62,651 bases of DNA from positions 1 to 62,651 of the forward strand of contig JAQSXP010000001.1 in the NCBI GenBank assembly GCA_029256605.1, in the 5' to 3' direction. This DNA comes from Devosia sp. GTDB lineage: Bacteria > Pseudomonadota > Alphaproteobacteria > Rhizobiales > Devosiaceae. Made by a program: the position numbers and the translations under genes. A model generated the notes under the pieces. That model searched no databases, had not been told where the DNA came from, and was given only the letters and a program-made list of their open reading frames with translations. This document shows, piece after piece, positions 38,040 to 47,516 of this stretch. The first letter of the stretch is position 1, and each line of letters opens with the position of its first letter.

Positions 38040-39770
38040 ATGACCGTCGCTGACATCACTGCCCGGCCGCTGGCCAAGCCGGCACGGGCAAACGGAAGGG
38101 GCCGATATACGGCCCTTTCCGTTGGGCTCGGGCTTCTTCTTGGAGTGCTCGTGGTCGTCCCCGTCGTACTGATGTTCCTCGGGGCCGTGCGGACAGGGAC
38201 ATTCGTTGACCCTCGCGCCGAGTTCTCGCTTAGAAGCATGTTGGCGGTCTACACCACTCTGCCCTACCTCAGGACCCTGGCCATTACGGTCGGCGCGTCG
38301 TTGTTGGTGTCAGCGATCGCCTGCGCGACCGGTATAGCTCTGGCATGGCTGATCGCGAGGACCGACCTTCCCCGCAAGGGCTGGATGGAGAATTCCGTCA
38401 TCGCCCCCCTCTACCTCTCCCCGTTCGTAGGGGCGCTTGCATGGCTGATCCTGGGTTCTCCTAACGCCGGCCTGGTCAACGTGTTGGCGCGCGATGTCTT
38501 CGGGATGTCCGGTTCGGTCATCAACGTCATGACGCCTGTCGGCATCATCCTGATCATGGCGCTCTACAACGTACCTTACGCATACATGACGGTTTCGTCG
38601 GCCCTCAAGGGGATGGACCCCTCCATGGAGGAAGCGTCCTATCTCAACGGAGCCGGCGTGTTCTCGACGGCGCTGCGGATCACCTTCCCAGTCGTCCGCC
38701 CGGCCATTATCTCGGCGTTCTTCTTCGTGTTCGTGCTCACCGCCGGCACTTTCTCCATCCCGGCTGCGCTGGGCGGAACACAGTCCATGCCGTTCCTCGC
38801 GGTGGACATCTACCGCTCCACGGCCACCTATCCCGTCGACTATTCCCGCGCAGCTGCAATCGGCACGCTACTCTTCTGGATCTCCCTGATCGGTGTGGCC
38901 TTCTACCGCTTCGCGTCCCGAGTGGCCTCGCGGTTCGTGACGGTGACCGCCCGTGGATATAGGACACGGTTCATCAAACTCCGCGGCTGGAAGGCGCCCT
39001 CGATCGGGATCATCGCTCTCTACGTGCTGCTGGCGATCGTGCTGCCCTACATAGCCTTGTTGTACGTCTCGTTCACCAGCTTCACCTCGTCCTCAATCTC
39101 TGCGGCACGCTGGACGCTGGACAACTTCCAGGCCGTGATCTCGTCGGTGTCGGTGAGGAAGTCGTTGTTTAACACTATCCTGGTCAGCGTCCTGGCGCCG
39201 ACTTTAGCCGTCATGCTCGCGATCGTCCTCGCCTACTCGATCAGGAGGCTCAAGGTTCTGGGCGGCGCCACGCTCGACTATGTCGCGATGTTCCCCATCG
39301 CGGTGCCCGGCATCGTTTTCGGCACCGGCGTGTTCTGGACCTACCTGATGACGCCGGTTTACGGCTCGATTTGGATCTTGGTGCTGGCCTTTGTCGCGAC
39401 CTACATCCCCTTCGCCTACCGCATGGTCGACACCTCGCTCATCCAGATCGACAAGTCCTTGGAAGAGGCATCGGCCATCTGCGGTGCCTCCCATTGGCGC
39501 ACAGCCTCCCAGATCACCTTCAAGCTGATCCGCCCCGGAGTGCTCTCGGCCTGGATCTTAGTTTTTATCTTCTCAGTCAGGGAGGTCAGCGCCGCGATCA
39601 TGCTCGCCTCGCCGACCAACACGGTCCTCGCCGTTATGTCCTGGGACTACCTGGAGTTCGGCAATGTGCAGAACGCCGCAATAGTGGGGCTGCTCCAGAC
39701 CGCCTTGCTGATCGCCGGCATCCTTGCCGGACGTTTCGTGTTCCGCGTCCAGCTCTCGCAGCCGACCTGA
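38040..39770 (+). CDS. FbpB/ThiP-type fused ABC permease
   Basis: Two EAA loops (DPSMEEAS, DKSLEEAS). Confidence 0.92.
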   Translation: MTVADITARPLAKPARANGRGRYTALSVGLGLLLGVLVVVPVVLMFLGAVRTGTFVDPRAEFSLRSMLAVYTTLPYLRTLAITVGASLLVSAIACATGIALAWLIARTDLPRKGWMENSVIAPLYLSPFVGALAWLILGSPNAGLVNVLARDVFGMSGSVINVMTPVGIILIMALYNVPYAYMTVSSALKGMDPSMEEASYLNGAGVFSTALRITFPVVRPAIISAFFFVFVLTAGTFSIPAALGGTQSMPFLAVDIYRSTATYPVDYSRAAAIGTLLFWISLIGVAFYRFASRVASRFVTVTARGYRTRFIKLRGWKAPSIGIIALYVLLAIVLPYIALLYVSFTSFTSSSISAARWTLDNFQAVISSVSVRKSLFNTILVSVLAPTLAVMLAIVLAYSIRRLKVLGGATLDYVAMFPIAVPGIVFGTGVFWTYLMTPVYGSIWILVLAFVATYIPFAYRMVDTSLIQIDKSLEEASAICGASHWRTASQITFKLIRPGVLSAWILVFIFSVREVSAAIMLASPTNTVLAVMSWDYLEFGNVQNAAIVGLLQTALLIAGILAGRFVFRVQLSQPT

Positions 39771-39791
39771 CCAGATCGAAAGGATCATCCA

Positions 39792-40859
39792 TTGCCACAA
39801 CTCAGCGTTAAAGACCTGGTCGTAGCCTACGGAAACGTGCAAGCGGTCAAGGGCGTCAGCTTCGATGTCGAGGAGGGGGAGTTCGTTTCCCTGCTCGGAC
39901 CGAGCGGTTGCGGAAAAACAACCACCCTGCGGTGTATCGCGGGCCTCGAGTCTTCTTCCGCCGGCTCGATTAGCATCGGCAAGGACATCGTAGCCGCGGA
40001 CGGTATGGACGTGCCGCCCGAAAAGCGCGGCATCAACATGGTCTTCCAGTCCTATGCCGTATGGCCGCACATGTCCGTATTTGAGAACGTGGCCTACGGG
40101 TTGCGCACGAGGCGGGAACCGTCCGCGACCATTCAGACGAAGGTGGACGAGGCTCTTGCCGTTGTCGGGCTGTCGACCTTTGCCGCGCGTTTCGGCACCG
40201 AACTCAGCGGTGGTCAACAGCAGCGAGTCGCCTTGGCCCGAGCCATCGTCACGTCGCCGCGTTTGCTGCTGTTCGACGAGCCGCTTTCCAATCTCGATGC
40301 CGGACTCCGCGATCGGATGAGATTCGAGCTGGTGGACCTGCAGCGTCGCTTGGGAACCACCTCCCTCTACGTCACGCACGATCAGTCAGAGGCTATGCTG
40401 ATGAGCGATCGCATCATCCTCATGAAGGACGGGGAAATGGTGCAGTCGGGTACGCCTCGCGACCTCTATGACCGCCCCGCCTCGCGCTTCGCCGCGGAGT
40501 TCGTGGGCAACGCCAATATCCTCGACGGCGAGATCGTCCGGTCTTCCGGCGATAGCGCGATGGTACGTCTCCCGGGAGGGATCGAGCTCGAGGGGATGTT
40601 CACTTGGCAAGATCATCGCCAGGTGACCGGACCGGTGGCAGCCTGCATCCGTGCCGAGGCCATATCGCCAGGGAGCGGCCCTAACGCGATGATTGCAGAG
40701 GTCAAGACGGTGAGCTTTCTCGGACCTACGGTGAGCTGCATCCTGCAGGTCGGGCATGCGACCATGCGCGCCGAGTTGCCTGCACGGCAACCGCCGACTG
40801 TCGGAGAGAAAATCACGGTCCATGTCGCACCCGAGGCCGTGGGCCTCATCACCCGCTGA
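39792..40859 (+). CDS. FbpC/PotA-type ABC ATP-binding protein
   Basis: [24 protein letters not shown]. Confidence 0.93.
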   Translation: MPQLSVKDLVVAYGNVQAVKGVSFDVEEGEFVSLLGPSGCGKTTTLRCIAGLESSSAGSISIGKDIVAADGMDVPPEKRGINMVFQSYAVWPHMSVFENVAYGLRTRREPSATIQTKVDEALAVVGLSTFAARFGTELSGGQQQRVALARAIVTSPRLLLFDEPLSNLDAGLRDRMRFELVDLQRRLGTTSLYVTHDQSEAMLMSDRIILMKDGEMVQSGTPRDLYDRPASRFAAEFVGNANILDGEIVRSSGDSAMVRLPGGIELEGMFTWQDHRQVTGPVAACIRAEAISPGSGPNAMIAEVKTVSFLGPTVSCILQVGHATMRAELPARQPPTVGEKITVHVAPEAVGLITR

Positions 40860-40897
40860 GAACAACCGCGGCACCGACCGCCAGGAAGGACTAGATC

Positions 40898-42055
40898 ATG
40901 CGCATCGAAAGCGTAGAAACAATCTTCGTCGACAAGTACCTGTTCCTTGAGATCCGGACAGACAACGGTCTCGTCGGACTCGGGGAGGGGGGCGCGTGGG
41001 GTTTTCACGAGGCCACTGCCGGCGCCGTTGTCCGCTTCAAGGAATACCTCCTCGGCCAGGACCCGCTCAGGATCGAGCACCACTGGCAGTACATGTACCG
41101 CTGGGCCCACTTCCGTGGCTCCGCCGTGATGGCCGCGATCAGCGCTATCGACATTGCCTTATGGGACATAGCCGGAAAGCATTTCGAGGCCCCGGTGCAT
41201 GCCTTGCTAGGGGGCAAGGTCCGAGAGAAAGCCCGGGCTTACTATCATGTGTTCGGCGAAACCAAGGAGGAGTTGTTCACTGGCATCGAGGACGCCAAGA
41301 AGCTTGGCTTTACGGCAGTGGGACATCTGACCCCGTTCCTCGACAGCCGCCGGGAAGTGCCGTTTTTCCAGACCCATGCGCAAAAGATTGGCGACGCGGT
41401 CAAGACTGTGGAGGAATACCGCAGGATCGCGGGCCCCGAGATGGATCTGTGCATCGAGATCCACCGCCAGATGGCGCCATACGAAGCGGTGCAGTTGGCT
41501 AACGCGATCACGCCGTACTACCCCCTGTTCATCGAGGACCCGGTGACCCCGGACAATCTCGACGAGATGGCATACGTCGCCGACAAGATCACCATCCCGA
41601 TCGCGACGGGCGAGCGGATGACTACCTTGTGGGAGTTCCAGATGCTACTCGCACGAAACGCCGTTCAACTGGTGCGTCCAGACGTCTGCATCGTGGGAGG
41701 CATCTCGGGCGCCCGCAAAGTCGCCGCTTTAGCAGAGGCAAACCATGTCGGGGTTGTACCGCATAACCCTCTCTCTGCGGTGTCCACCGCGGCCTGTCTC
41801 CAGATAGCCGCGACCTCCCCCACCTTTGTTCTGCAGGAGTTCCCCAACGACACTTGGGACGTGACGGACAAGCGCCCGGACAGCGATAGCTTTCTCCAAG
41901 GTGCCGCCCGTCATGACGGGGAAGGATTCCTCACCATCAGCGACGAACCAGGCATCGGCATCTCCTTGCGGGCCGACGCGGCGGAGAAGTTTCCCTACCG
42001 CCCGCGCACCATCCATACGCGGCTGCACAAGGACGGATCGGTGGTGGATCAGTAA
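40898..42055 (+). CDS. dgoD: Galactonate dehydratase-like enolase superfamily enzyme
   Basis: DPLRIEHHWQ, IDIALWDI, GGKVREK, TGER, VPHNPL, DGSVVD. Confidence 0.7.
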   Translation: MRIESVETIFVDKYLFLEIRTDNGLVGLGEGGAWGFHEATAGAVVRFKEYLLGQDPLRIEHHWQYMYRWAHFRGSAVMAAISAIDIALWDIAGKHFEAPVHALLGGKVREKARAYYHVFGETKEELFTGIEDAKKLGFTAVGHLTPFLDSRREVPFFQTHAQKIGDAVKTVEEYRRIAGPEMDLCIEIHRQMAPYEAVQLANAITPYYPLFIEDPVTPDNLDEMAYVADKITIPIATGERMTTLWEFQMLLARNAVQLVRPDVCIVGGISGARKVAALAEANHVGVVPHNPLSAVSTAACLQIAATSPTFVLQEFPNDTWDVTDKRPDSDSFLQGAARHDGEGFLTISDEPGIGISLRADAAEKFPYRPRTIHTRLHKDGSVVDQ

Positions 42056-42251
42056 GTTCGGAATAGGCTTTGCTGGAGCCTTCCCAGAAAGCATGCTTCA
42101 CTTGCATCACTGAGACAGGGGCAACTTCGGCCAGCGTTGGGACCTAATCTGCGGGGCTACAGCGTTGGTTAAGCAAAAATCGACCATGTGCCGCTTGTTG
42201 TTTAGAGCTGGAGACCTCAGATTTCGTTGAGTCCAATCTGTGTGGATGGGG

Positions 42252-42312
42252 CGGCTACGCGCCCCATTTCGGTCGTTCAGCCTGCATCAGCGACTCCCGA
42301 AGGCAGCCATTC
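42252..42312 (+). repeat. Junction repeat copy 5
   Basis: GCGCCCCATTTCGGTCGTTCAG...TCCCGAAGGCAGCCATTC. Confidence 0.7.
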
Positions 42313-42665
42313 CAGCCGAACGCCTTGGAAGTACCGGTGCACGCCCCTCAGCTTCGTAGTAGCTCCCCGTGTCGTCCCTGCCGGGGTTGCACCAACTGCC
42401 GCCCTTCCCCAGTGAAGCTCCGCGCCGTTAAGCGAGATTGAAAGCTAAAGCGCGGATCAAGCGCCCCAGCCGCTCATACGACCATTCCGCTTGGGTTGGA
42501 GTGTTCGCCTTGCATTCTATAGGAAGGTTTAGGGAGTGGCTGTACCGAGATAGTCATGCCAGTCTGACGCACGCTTACATCGATTGTCCTAGGGTACCTC
42601 CGTCGGCCAGCCTGCTCCGAAAAGAACTGCGGACGTTCCATTGGTACGCCCACCGCTTCACCATG

Positions 42666-43580
42666 CTACGACAAAAGTCCGGCGTAGCGGCTAAGCATTT
42701 GGCCCTTTGAGACGCGGTAGAGCGGGTCGACCCCATAGCCGGATACAGCAAACGACGCCGCTGTCGTGCCTGCAATTGCAGCAGCCCTGAGATCGCCGTT
42801 CGTTTCGAGATAAGCCGCGCAAAACGCGCCGCAGAAGCTGTCGCCCGCGCCGGTGGTATCAATTGCCAGATGCGGGTTGTGGCTAGGCACAACAAAGCTG
42901 CTGTCAATTGTGGCGTCATAGACCAGGCACCCCTCGGCGCCGAGCTTAATGACAATCACCCTTGGGCCTCGCGCAGCAAAGGTCCGCGCGGCGCTCTCCC
43001 AATTCCCTGTGCCCAGCAGACGCCGCACTTCCTCCGCGCTTGGCATGAAGAAATCGACCATACCCACGAGGTCAAGAAGCGTATCGATATTGCCTTCGAT
43101 ATAGTCTTCCTGCGCGTCGAGGGCGATCAGTCCGCTGGTTGTTTCGCGCAGGTGCTTGACCAGTCGCACCTGCCCCGAAAGCGTCATTGCGAGAACCAGA
43201 AACATCCGGGCATTGAGGAATGACTGAGGAATATCTTCCGGGAATGGAGAGAGCAGATCGAACGCTTCTTCCGTCGCATAGAGCGTCCACTCACGCTCGC
43301 CCCCGTCCCGATATTCGACCCTGTTATGTAGTGTGGGCAGAGCGCGGGCGGGCATGCCGGTATTGCTCAAACCGGCACGCTCCATGGCAGCGGCGATATC
43401 GGGCGGAAGATCTGATCCAATGGGAGCGACAAGTTCCGTCCTCGGCATCCACGGCTTGGCTGCCAAAGTTGCATAGAGCGCATCGCCCCCCGTGCAACCG
43501 GACATTTCCGTGCCGTCGGGAAGGACCACGTCGTCGATGGTAAAATTGCCCAGGCAGACCAGATCGGGACCGTCATCCAT
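42666..43580 (-). CDS. PfkB family carbohydrate kinase
   Basis: GGDALY, IKLGAEG, DTTGAGDSFCG. Confidence 0.92.
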   Translation of the reverse strand: MDDGPDLVCLGNFTIDDVVLPDGTEMSGCTGGDALYATLAAKPWMPRTELVAPIGSDLPPDIAAAMERAGLSNTGMPARALPTLHNRVEYRDGGEREWTLYATEEAFDLLSPFPEDIPQSFLNARMFLVLAMTLSGQVRLVKHLRETTSGLIALDAQEDYIEGNIDTLLDLVGMVDFFMPSAEEVRRLLGTGNWESAARTFAARGPRVIVIKLGAEGCLVYDATIDSSFVVPSHNPHLAIDTTGAGDSFCGAFCAAYLETNGDLRAAAIAGTTAASFAVSGYGVDPLYRVSKGQMLSRYAGLLS

Positions 43581-44767
43581 TATGCGACGCCCCGCTCGGC
43601 GTTGCGGAACTTGGCCATGGCGAGGTGATAGGCGAACAACTGGACCGGGACGGAGTAGACCAGCGCAGAGAGAGCCTCTGGCACCCACGGCAGGCGCAAT
43701 ATCGCGTCGCTGCAATCATCCAGCATGCGTTCGTCGCCGGTCACCACGGAATAGACCTGACCACCCCAGCGCCTTCCTTCCAGCGCTGCATCGCGTGAGC
43801 GCGGGACAGACGGACCGGCCGGTGCCACGATGATCAACGGATCGCCGGCCTTTTGCGAGTTGTAGTGGTGGAATTCCTCAACCGGAATAAAGATTGCATG
43901 GTCCGGGGAGCATTCCTTGACCTTGGCTGCACCAAACATGCCCGCAGCAACCGATGGGCCGCCACCGGCAAAAAGGAAAACCTGTCGGCGCGACTCCGCC
44001 TCGGCAATGGCGGCGATCTGGTCTTCGTTCTCCCCGATCACCGCTTCGATCTGGCCGGGAATGGCATCAAGCGCTGCCTGCAATTGCGAGACACGCTCCG
44101 GCATACGGCCGGTGGCCCTGGCGATTTCAAGAGCCAACTGGCAAAGTAGCGCAATGGCTGTGGTGCTCGCCTGGGTCGGCCAGCCCTTGCGCTCTGCATA
44201 GACAGTCAACTGGTGGTCGGATTCGACCATGAGGGCCGAGCCTGGTGTATTACTGAGAGCCAGCGTGCGGGCGCCCCGGGCTTTGGCGACCAGCATGGCT
44301 TCCACAGTGCGCGTGGTCGTGCCGCTGGAGCTCAGGGTAATTACTAGCGCGTCGGGGCCGAGCGTGTGGTGGTAGTAATAGGCCATGTCGAGGGCCTGCA
44401 CCGGCTCGCACGGCACCCCCAGCATTTCCTCGAACAAGCTGCGTACGGCGATCATGCAGGCGAGGGAATCGCCACAGCCGGTCATGTAGACGCGCTTGAT
44501 GCCCGCCGCCGCGATTCCAGCTGCGGCCGAGATGATTGCCTCGCGCTCGCGCTCCAGCGTGGTGCGGATGGTTTCCGGCTGGCCGATGATCTCGGGGCGG
44601 GTGAACTCCACGCGCCGGCGGCGCTTGGGATCGAGAGGATCGTCGGTGGGCAGCGCGGCCATCAACTGCAGCTCCCGCTCAAACAAATCTCTCACCAGCG
44701 CCTTGGCATGCGCATCGAGGGGGGATTCGTCCGCCAGAAGCGGGGTCAGCAGGCTGGTCTTGGTCAT
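43580..44767 (-). CDS. Double SIS-domain protein (GlmS/FrlB/AgaS-like)
   Basis: EIIGQPE, GCGDS, SSSGTT, AKVKE, EEFHH. Confidence 0.88.
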   Translation of the reverse strand: MTKTSLLTPLLADESPLDAHAKALVRDLFERELQLMAALPTDDPLDPKRRRRVEFTRPEIIGQPETIRTTLEREREAIISAAAGIAAAGIKRVYMTGCGDSLACMIAVRSLFEEMLGVPCEPVQALDMAYYYHHTLGPDALVITLSSSGTTTRTVEAMLVAKARGARTLALSNTPGSALMVESDHQLTVYAERKGWPTQASTTAIALLCQLALEIARATGRMPERVSQLQAALDAIPGQIEAVIGENEDQIAAIAEAESRRQVFLFAGGGPSVAAGMFGAAKVKECSPDHAIFIPVEEFHHYNSQKAGDPLIIVAPAGPSVPRSRDAALEGRRWGGQVYSVVTGDERMLDDCSDAILRLPWVPEALSALVYSVPVQLFAYHLAMAKFRNAERGVA

Positions 44768-44771
44768 GGGA

Positions 44772-45569
44772 TTACTCGGTAACAAAAGGCGGAACGGCGG
44801 CGGCCGCGACAAAACGCAGAACCTTGTCGCGGTCCCAGAGAGCCATGTCGTCAAGGGCGGCGCCATCGCGCTGAAGGGCCGTACTGACGACCACTGCATC
44901 GGCATATTCCAGCGCCTGCCGGACGTTGCCCGTATTGACTCCACCACCGATGATGATCGGCCGCTTCACCCCGGCCGTGCGGGCGGAGGCGACGCGCTGA
45001 AGCGAATCCTCGAAGCTGGAACCGGTAATGACGAGGGCGTCCGCGCCCATGCTCTGCGCCCAGAGCGCGGCGGTGTCGTTGGGTACCGGGGCGAGCGGAT
45101 GGGCCGTGCGATCGTGCACGTCGGCATAAATGCGGATGTCGGGCCGGCCTAGCGATTCGCGGAAATTGGTGGCGCTGACGCTCAGACCATTGCGGAGCCC
45201 TTCGGCATTGAGTGCGGCACCGACAAAGACCTTAAGGCGCACAAAACTGGCGCCTGCGGCATCGGCGATGGCAAGCGGCGCCTGGCCATCGTGTGCCTGG
45301 ATGATAATGCCCAGTTCAGTCTGTGGAAACTGCGCCCTGAAGGCACGCCCGAGGGCAGACATGCGCGCCACCGTCTCGATAGCGGCCGCGCCATCTTCGC
45401 GGGTCTCGTCCTGCACCTTGATCGAACGGATGCCAGCCTCAACGAAAATCGCGGCGTTGGAAAACAGGAAATCTTCGTACCAGCCCATCGAACGGCGGGC
45501 GCCGACGCGCATGGGTGGAAGTTGAAGGGCGGCGATGAGCTTTTGAGGCGTATGGTCTGGCATGGTCAC
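44772..45569 (-). CDS. BtpA/SgcQ family TIM-barrel protein
   Basis: LQLPP, ASFVR, YADVHDR, ADALVITGS, IGGGVN, DAVVVST. Confidence 0.8.
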   Translation of the reverse strand: MTMPDHTPQKLIAALQLPPMRVGARRSMGWYEDFLFSNAAIFVEAGIRSIKVQDETREDGAAAIETVARMSALGRAFRAQFPQTELGIIIQAHDGQAPLAIADAAGASFVRLKVFVGAALNAEGLRNGLSVSATNFRESLGRPDIRIYADVHDRTAHPLAPVPNDTAALWAQSMGADALVITGSSFEDSLQRVASARTAGVKRPIIIGGGVNTGNVRQALEYADAVVVSTALQRDGAALDDMALWDRDKVLRFVAAAAVPPFVTE

Positions 45570-45690
45570 ATAAATTGTGTGGCAGCGGGTGGGGCTGTCA
45601 CGGGTTGGCAGAGCGGCCGTTCTTCTCGGGCGAAAAACCCGCTAGGATCGGAAAGCGAACAGCGAACCGACCATGAGGAAACTTTAACAC

Positions 45691-46464
45691 GTGCCATCTC
45701 TGAAAGCTACAGAAAGACATAGCCAGATATTGGAGCAACTCAAAGTGCATGGTCAGACTGACGTCGGCGCGCTGGCACACCTGCTTGGCGTCTCCACCGT
45801 CACAGTGCGAACCGACCTGTTATTTCTTGAGAAGGCGCAGATGCTGCGCCGCATCCGGGGCGGAGCGATTGCGGTCCGCCCAAGCCGCTATGAGCGTCCC
45901 AGCGACATTAACGCTTCGCTGCACAGCGCCGAGAAGCAGGCCATTGCGACCGCGGCTGCAAGCATGATTCACGACGGGGAGACGATCATCCTGGACACGG
46001 GGTCCACCGTGGAGGCGCTCGCCAACTCGCTGCCAACGCAGTTGATGGACATTGCCATCGTGACCAGCTCGCTTAACGTTGCGATGGAGCTGGTCAACCA
46101 CCCCGGCGCTACCGTTATCGTCACCGGCGGCACCCTGCGCCCCAAGCTTCATTCGCTGATCCAGCCGCTCGGCAACCTGATCCTGGCCGAGGTCAATGCT
46201 GACGTGGCGTTCATGAGCTGCGCCGGCGTGGACACCGTTAAGGGCTTCACCAACAGCAACTGGCATGAGGCCGAGGTGAAGAAGGCTATGATCAAGGCCG
46301 CGGCGAAGGTGGTGTTCCTTGCTGACCACACCAAGCTCAAGCATGTCGCCACGGCCCGCATCGCGGCGCTGCACGAGGTCGACACACTCATTACCGATAG
46401 CAAGGCTTCGCCGGACGCAGTGCGCGAACTGCGCGAGCAGGGAGTCGAAGTTATCGTTACTTAA
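45691..46464 (+). CDS. DeoR/GlpR family regulator
   Basis: GVSTVTVRTDL, EKQAIA, LDTGST, DTLITD. Confidence 0.93.
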   Translation: MPSLKATERHSQILEQLKVHGQTDVGALAHLLGVSTVTVRTDLLFLEKAQMLRRIRGGAIAVRPSRYERPSDINASLHSAEKQAIATAAASMIHDGETIILDTGSTVEALANSLPTQLMDIAIVTSSLNVAMELVNHPGATVIVTGGTLRPKLHSLIQPLGNLILAEVNADVAFMSCAGVDTVKGFTNSNWHEAEVKKAMIKAAAKVVFLADHTKLKHVATARIAALHEVDTLITDSKASPDAVRELREQGVEVIVT

Positions 46465-46628
46465 AAGCACAGACTGCACATCGAAAGTTTGCGAAAGAGA
46501 ATTTAATCGATAATTTTGCTTGTTCTAAACGGCCGGACCTGCACATTCACTGGCTGTGAGACGGGCCGGGGCGAAAGCGCTTTGGGGCATGCGGGCGATG
46601 GGCGCCTCCGTCCGGAACGGAGTAACCC

Positions 46629-47510
46629 ATGCTGCCCAGCCAGACCCGATACGGCTATTCGCCCATCAATCGCCGCCGGCACTTCCGCTGGCCGGGCGGG
46701 AAGGGGCTGGCGGTCTATTTCGTCATGGGTGTCGAAGAGTACGTGTTTGGTGAGGGGCTGACGGAAGATATCTTTCCTGGTGCTTCGAAGCCGGACTTCG
46801 CAAATACGTCCTGGCGCGACTACGGCAATCGGGTCGGCGCTATCCGCCTGATCGACCTGTTCCGGGCCGAGAATGTCCCACTCTCCATCCTGCTGAATAC
46901 GGAAGTCTACGAGCACGCGCCTGAACTCATGCAGCATGCGCGCGCAAACAACTGCACGATCATCGGCCACGGCCTGACAAATTCGGATACTTTGGCGGGC
47001 CGGAGCGCGGAGGACGAGAAGGCTTATCTCGGAGCTGTGGCGGATGCGATCGAGCGTAACGAGGGCAAGCGTCCAACTGGCTGGGCAAGTCCCTGGCTGG
47101 CGCATTCCGACAATACCGCGGATCTGCTGAAAGCCACTGGTTACCGCTACGTGATCGATCTGGGCATGGACGACCAGCCGGTGTGGTTGAGAACAGAGAC
47201 AGGCCCCCTGCTGAGCGTGCCATATGCGCTCGAACTCAATGACAGCACGACGATGGTGGGGCGGCTGACCAACCCATCCGACTTTGCCACCATGATCGTC
47301 GACCAGTTCGACGAAATGCTGGAGCTTGCCGAGAAGCAGGCGCTGGTGATGCCGGTCGTGGTCCATTCGTTCATATCGGGGCAGCCGTTCCGCCTTCGGG
47401 CGCTACGTCGGGCCCTCGCACACATTCTTGCCAAGCGCGAGGCGATCTGGCTGACGACGCCGGACCAGATAGCTGCGTTTATCGAAGCGGATCCGAAGCT
47501 GGCGGTGTGA
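46629..47510 (+). CDS. Polysaccharide deacetylase family, PuuE allantoinase-like
   Basis: RYGYSPI..R..WPGGK, WRDYGNRVG, DDQP, PYALELND, HSFISGQPFR. Confidence 0.85.
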   Translation: MLPSQTRYGYSPINRRRHFRWPGGKGLAVYFVMGVEEYVFGEGLTEDIFPGASKPDFANTSWRDYGNRVGAIRLIDLFRAENVPLSILLNTEVYEHAPELMQHARANNCTIIGHGLTNSDTLAGRSAEDEKAYLGAVADAIERNEGKRPTGWASPWLAHSDNTADLLKATGYRYVIDLGMDDQPVWLRTETGPLLSVPYALELNDSTTMVGRLTNPSDFATMIVDQFDEMLELAEKQALVMPVVVHSFISGQPFRLRALRRALAHILAKREAIWLTTPDQIAAFIEADPKLAV

Positions 47511-47516
47511 GACCCT

